Shown here: positions 59,853 to 64,000 of the stretch, piece by piece
Numbering within the stretch: position 1 is the stretch's first letter
Layout of the letters: the number at the start of each line of letters is the position of its first letter
Origin: Perkinsus chesapeaki ATCC PRA-425
Lineage: Eukaryota > Protista > Perkinsozoa
NCBI GenBank assembly: GCA_013115145.1
Contig: JAAPAO010000068.1
Coordinates: 1-64,000 of the forward strand
Direction: 5' to 3'
DNA length: 64,000 nt
Position numbers and translations under genes: made by a program
Notes under the pieces: model-generated
Database searches by the model: none
What the model saw: the letters and a program-made list of their open reading frames with translations, nothing else
What the model was told of the DNA's origin: nothing

Positions 59853-60962
59853 TCAATACGTGTGATATACCGTCAACCGCATTGGATCCTCGAGAGGAAG
59901 CATTTCTGAAACAGACGTGTCGATAGAGCTCACCGACTCGTCATCGCCAGCCTCGATGAACCGCCGCTGTACTCGAAAGGACGTATCCCTCCGAAGCACA
60001 TAGACCACATCCCCAAAACCGCAAATCACTTCCATATCGGAGACTTCCCTATGATCTTCAGCCACCTTCGTTGCGAAGCCGATCCTCCTAGAACTGCTAT
60101 CCACCAGTTGAAGCTCACAACTTCTCCTATTAGAGTAGCGGGATGCTGTACGATAAACCATTCCTAGTATGCCATACTCCAGCGGCACCACAGTCATCAA
60201 CTTGTACGATTGTCCGGCTCCAGGCCATGGTACTTCCGACAGCTCCTCAAAGCAGCGCTTGCCCCCTTTATCGACGAGACGGAGGTCGACTATATTGATA
60301 CCGAAGTACCCTAGAACAAGCACTCGGACACGGCGGGGATCGGAGGGGTTGAGGACCAAACGTTCGCAACGATCAGGGTTGTAGCAACCTCGCCAGCCAC
60401 GATAAGCTTCAACGGTATCATGAACGGTCTGTCGATCGATGTAGAAGAGATCGCCGAGCGGTGTTAAGATGTAGATGAAGTCTGTATTCGCAGCCATATC
60501 TAGTTTACGGCTCCGACACAGCCAAGGATCCGGCATGCCGGACACCTCGGAGACTTGCCCAGGTCGATCAGTTGCTTGTATATCGTATATTATCAACTCA
60601 CGGTTATCCTCACATAAAACAAATAGTCTATATTCAATAGTATGATAATAATAGATACCTTTACCTTCAAATCCAGGCTGTAATACAACACCCTCGTCAC
60701 CCTGTACCAGAGGCTTTCTTATATTCAAACCGGTAGGGGTAGGGTAGACCCCATAGAGCTCATCGTTCATAATAAATATAAAAACCGGTGGTGGTGTCAA
60801 AAGCAGCGTGGCACTGACGTAGCTCAATGCGAGTTCCCTCCTTCTCAGTACATTACAGAACTCCTTAAAAACTCCCGACAGGACGCCGTCTCGGCCGCGC
60901 CTCTGCATCAGCTCCATGAAGACGCTTACTTCCAGCGCTAAGACGTGACCAGGAGATTTCAT
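59853..60962 (-). CDS. Tandem-array family member 6
   Basis: Intronless ORF with homologous start MKSPGHVLALE. Confidence 0.9.
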   Translation of the reverse strand: MKSPGHVLALEVSVFMELMQRRGRDGVLSGVFKEFCNVLRRRELALSYVSATLLLTPPPVFIFIMNDELYGVYPTPTGLNIRKPLVQGDEGVVLQPGFEGKGIYYYHTIEYRLFVLCEDNRELIIYDIQATDRPGQVSEVSGMPDPWLCRSRKLDMAANTDFIYILTPLGDLFYIDRQTVHDTVEAYRGWRGCYNPDRCERLVLNPSDPRRVRVLVLGYFGINIVDLRLVDKGGKRCFEELSEVPWPGAGQSYKLMTVVPLEYGILGMVYRTASRYSNRRSCELQLVDSSSRRIGFATKVAEDHREVSDMEVICGFGDVVYVLRRDTSFRVQRRFIEAGDDESVSSIDTSVSEMLPLEDPMRLTVYHTY

Positions 60963-61060
60963 AAAGGGAAACTGACGGCAAGCGTAAGTCACCCTCCAGC
61001 CACCTTCACCTTAACTAAACAGCTACAGGCTACAAAGCCTAGGAAACTCTCATGACACTT

Positions 61061-62215
61061 CTAAGGAGAGTACCAAGTACCAACGTAGACGGCCAGTCTC
61101 TTGGGGTCATCAGGGCAGACGTCAGATATTATAGTGTCGGAGGACTTAACTCGCTTCAACTCCAGATTGACATCCTTTTCCTCATAACGAGGCTGCTCTC
61201 CGAAAGATGTGTCCCTCCTTATTACGAATAAATGGTCACCGAAGCCTTCCAAGATCTGCATGTGATGAACCTCTTTACTGTCCTGCGCCACAGCGAGGCT
61301 ATAGTAATCACTCCTTCGCAGTGAACTGTTGGTGAGGGAAAGATCGCAAACGACTTTGCTACACATATATGTCCGTCTACGCGTCACCACGCCATAAATA
61401 TGATGAGAAATCGGTATGACCGACACCAACGGTTCCAACAGATCGCCCCAGTGCACTTTAGACTCCGGGTAGGAGCCGTACCGCGGCTCTCGTCTCATCG
61501 AGTCGCTTTGGTCGTCCAACAGAACGTCGACAATGTGTATTGTGTCGCGATCTATAGTCAGTACCTTAACCTTATGAGGGTACACGGGGCTCACTAGAAG
61601 GTGGTCACAACGACCTATTACTCCGCCAGCAGACCAGACCAGGAGGGCATGACAGGAGCCACCTCTCACACTATTACGCTGAATGACGAAGAGGTGGCCA
61701 GTCGAAATGAGGATCAAAATGTGTTGGTCGGTGGCAGCCATATCGAACTTCTTACTGTAGCACTGTGACACGGTGGGCATGCCGGACACCTCGGAGACTT
61801 GCCCCGGTCGATCAGTTGCTTGTATATCGTATATTATCAACTTACGGTTATCCTCACATAAAACAAATAGTCTATATTCAATAGTATGATAATAATAGAT
61901 ACCTTTACCTTCAAATCCAGGCTGTAATACAACACCCTCCGGTTCTCGTGCCATCAGCGTCTTTACAGCCACACCGGTAGCGGCAGGATAAGCTCCATAA
62001 AGCACATCATTCATTACATACGCGACCGATGGCGGTGGACTCAGTACAATCTCACAGGCCAGTTTCTTAAAGACGAGCTTCCTCCTTGACATATAGGAGA
62101 AGAAACCCTCAAAGATTCCCGAGAGGTTACTAGACTGACCACGCTTATCTAGTACCTCCTCGAATATCCCCAATTCGAGAGCCAAAACATGTGCTGGAGT
62201 CCTCATTAAATCCAC
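61061..62215 (-). CDS. Tandem-array family member 7
   Basis: 384-aa intronless ORF, M(DLM)RTPAHVLALEL. Confidence 0.9.
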   Translation of the reverse strand: MDLMRTPAHVLALELGIFEEVLDKRGQSSNLSGIFEGFFSYMSRRKLVFKKLACEIVLSPPPSVAYVMNDVLYGAYPAATGVAVKTLMAREPEGVVLQPGFEGKGIYYYHTIEYRLFVLCEDNRKLIIYDIQATDRPGQVSEVSGMPTVSQCYSKKFDMAATDQHILILISTGHLFVIQRNSVRGGSCHALLVWSAGGVIGRCDHLLVSPVYPHKVKVLTIDRDTIHIVDVLLDDQSDSMRREPRYGSYPESKVHWGDLLEPLVSVIPISHHIYGVVTRRRTYMCSKVVCDLSLTNSSLRRSDYYSLAVAQDSKEVHHMQILEGFGDHLFVIRRDTSFGEQPRYEEKDVNLELKRVKSSDTIISDVCPDDPKRLAVYVGTWYSP

Positions 62216-62497
62216 GACTAAAAATCAACTCAGAGCTGCAGCACCCTCATAGAAGAATCAAACCCATAGTACCGACCAGAAACCAGATTTGGCATCTCCG
62301 GTTGAGCCATCACCTTATCCGACACTTCCATTATAGACCGACTGCCAATCCGTCGGTGGCAGGAAATTGACAGGCTTCACCAGACACCCTGGGCATCCTC
62401 ATCCGCCCCGAAATCCGAATAAGGCACACATTAGGTCAGCTCCGATAACGAATTGAACCAACTCAAATCCTAACTAGTTCAAAAGTACTGAGACATG

Positions 62498-63620
62498 CTA
62501 TTGAGAGGGACAATACCAGTGCACAGTGTACACGGCGAGCCTCTTAGGATCATCAGGACACACATCGGAGATGATACTATCTGACGATTTTATCCTTGGC
62601 AACTCCTCGTTATAATCTCTCTCGGTAAATTTCGCCTGCTCTTTAAAGGACGTATCCATTCTTACAAAGTAGAGAGTGTCGCCTGGTCCATCCATTATCC
62701 GCATGTGATAGGCTTCCTTACCATCCATCGCCACCTCCGTAGTACAGGAGCCTATCTGACGGAAGCGACTGTCTGCCAGGCGAATGCTGCAGGTGGCTTT
62801 GCTGCTCATTGTCGACTCATCACGTATGATTACGCCAAATACACCAGGCACTATCGGTATTACGGACGTCAGAGGCTTATCTATATCGCCGAACCACCGG
62901 ATTTCGCGGTGCGGGAACACCTCATAGGGCGTGAGTCGTCGCCAACAGCGCTCATCCAGCAGAACATCGATCACGTACATTTCGTGGCGCGCTGCCGTTA
63001 CAACTCTGACCTGATAGGGGTACCTCGTCCCCATTATGAGATGGTCGCAGCGGCCTAAGGTGCCATCGGTGCTCCACCAGAGGAAGGCTTGGCAAGAGTC
63101 TCGAATCCTTCCGCGCACAATATAAAAGAGATGCCCGGTTGAAATGAGAATCGGCAGCCATGTCGAACTTGCGGTTGCAGCACTGTGACACGGTGGGCAT
63201 GCCGGACACCTCTGAGACTTGCCCCGGTCGATCAGTTGCTTGTATATCGTATATTATCAACTTACGGTTATCCTCACATAAAACAAATAGTCTATATTCA
63301 ATAGAATGATAATAATAGATACCTTTACCTCTTGGGCGTAATACAACACCCTCGTCACCCTCTACCAGAGGCTTTCTTATATTCAAACCTGCGGGGGTGG
63401 GGTAGACCCCATAGAGCTCATCGTCTATCATGTACGTGTACGATGGAGCTGGACTGAGAATGAAGTCGTCAAATGATTTCGCTAGAATATGCATTCTCCT
63501 CGTCATACAGGATGAGATATCCTCAAAGATTCCAGATAGGTCACCACAGCGACCACGCCGATTCAGCAGCTCGTCAATCAGGCCCATTTCGAGGGCTAAC
63601 ACATGGGCAGGAGTTCTCAT
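62498..63620 (-). pseudogene. Tandem-array family member 8, frameshifted
   Basis: Split into overlapping ORFs 62952-63620 and 62498-63118. Alignment to member 7 shows a net 17-nt deletion at about 63151. Confidence 0.8.
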
Positions 63621-63729
63621 TCAAGCTACTTCCGTGAAAACAAGCAAAGCGCGGAGATAGAAGAGCAAATCTTGCTATCTTGTATTTCCTCAACGAGGTA
63701 GCTTAATCGATTTGCCTGTTTGGTGTGGT

Positions 63730-63740
63730 TTATCCTCTAG
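63730..63740 (+). promoter_or_regulatory. Putative (trans-)splice acceptor upstream of RPL29
   Basis: Pyrimidine tract ttatcctctag ending 21 nt before the RPL29 ATG. Perkinsids are known to use SL trans-splicing; the assignment is an inference. Confidence 0.3.
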
Positions 63741-63761
63741 AGTCTCTGAGAATCAGTCACC

Positions 63762-64000
63762 ATGGCCAAGTCCAAGAACCATACCAACCATAACCAGATC
63801 AAGAAGGCCCACCGTAACGGCATCAAGAAGGTAATCAAACATAATGCTCTTTTTGACGGCTTTTTCGTTGCGATTCCTTAAATAAAACCCCGCCAGTGTC
63901 GACGGTAAAAATATGACGTTGCTATTAGGCCCCTACCTACAAGAAGATGTCCACTCGCGGTATGTGCCCCAAGTTCCTGCGTAACGCCAAGTACGCTCTT
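63762..64000 (+). CDS. RPL29: 60S ribosomal protein L29 (eL29), truncated by the window end
   Basis: MAKSKNHTNHNQIKKAHRNGIKK | intron 63831-63928 | APTYKKMSTRGMCPKFLRNAKYAL. Confidence 0.97.

Overview
This is gene-dense, intron-rich eukaryotic DNA with mostly 40-60 nt GT-AG introns, most likely from a Perkinsus-type myzozoan alveolate. That assignment is an inference from an apicomplexan-type ATP synthase accessory subunit, a short apicomplexan-type Tom22 and the intron style. Recognisable genes are an intron-containing tRNA-Tyr(GTA), an ATP synthase ATPTG-type subunit, a DUF4602/Faf1-like nucleolar protein, a chromodomain protein, a two-module AAA+ protein, N-myristoyltransferase, Tom22, cullin-3, a NagD-like HAD hydrolase and RPL29. 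The accessory content includes: (i) three secreted Gly-rich paralogues; (ii) a duplicated multi-pass membrane gene; (iii) four head-to-tail paralogues sharing an unannotated ~55-aa helical domain split by a conserved intron (17.5-23.9 kb), the best candidate for an undescribed system; (iv) an array of eight intronless paralogues (51.6-63.6 kb) showing patchwork gene conversion and decay; (v) Pol III B-box motifs lying antisense in introns, a MITE-like element and several long palindromes. All gene models were spliced by eye, so exon boundaries of the hypothetical genes are approximate.
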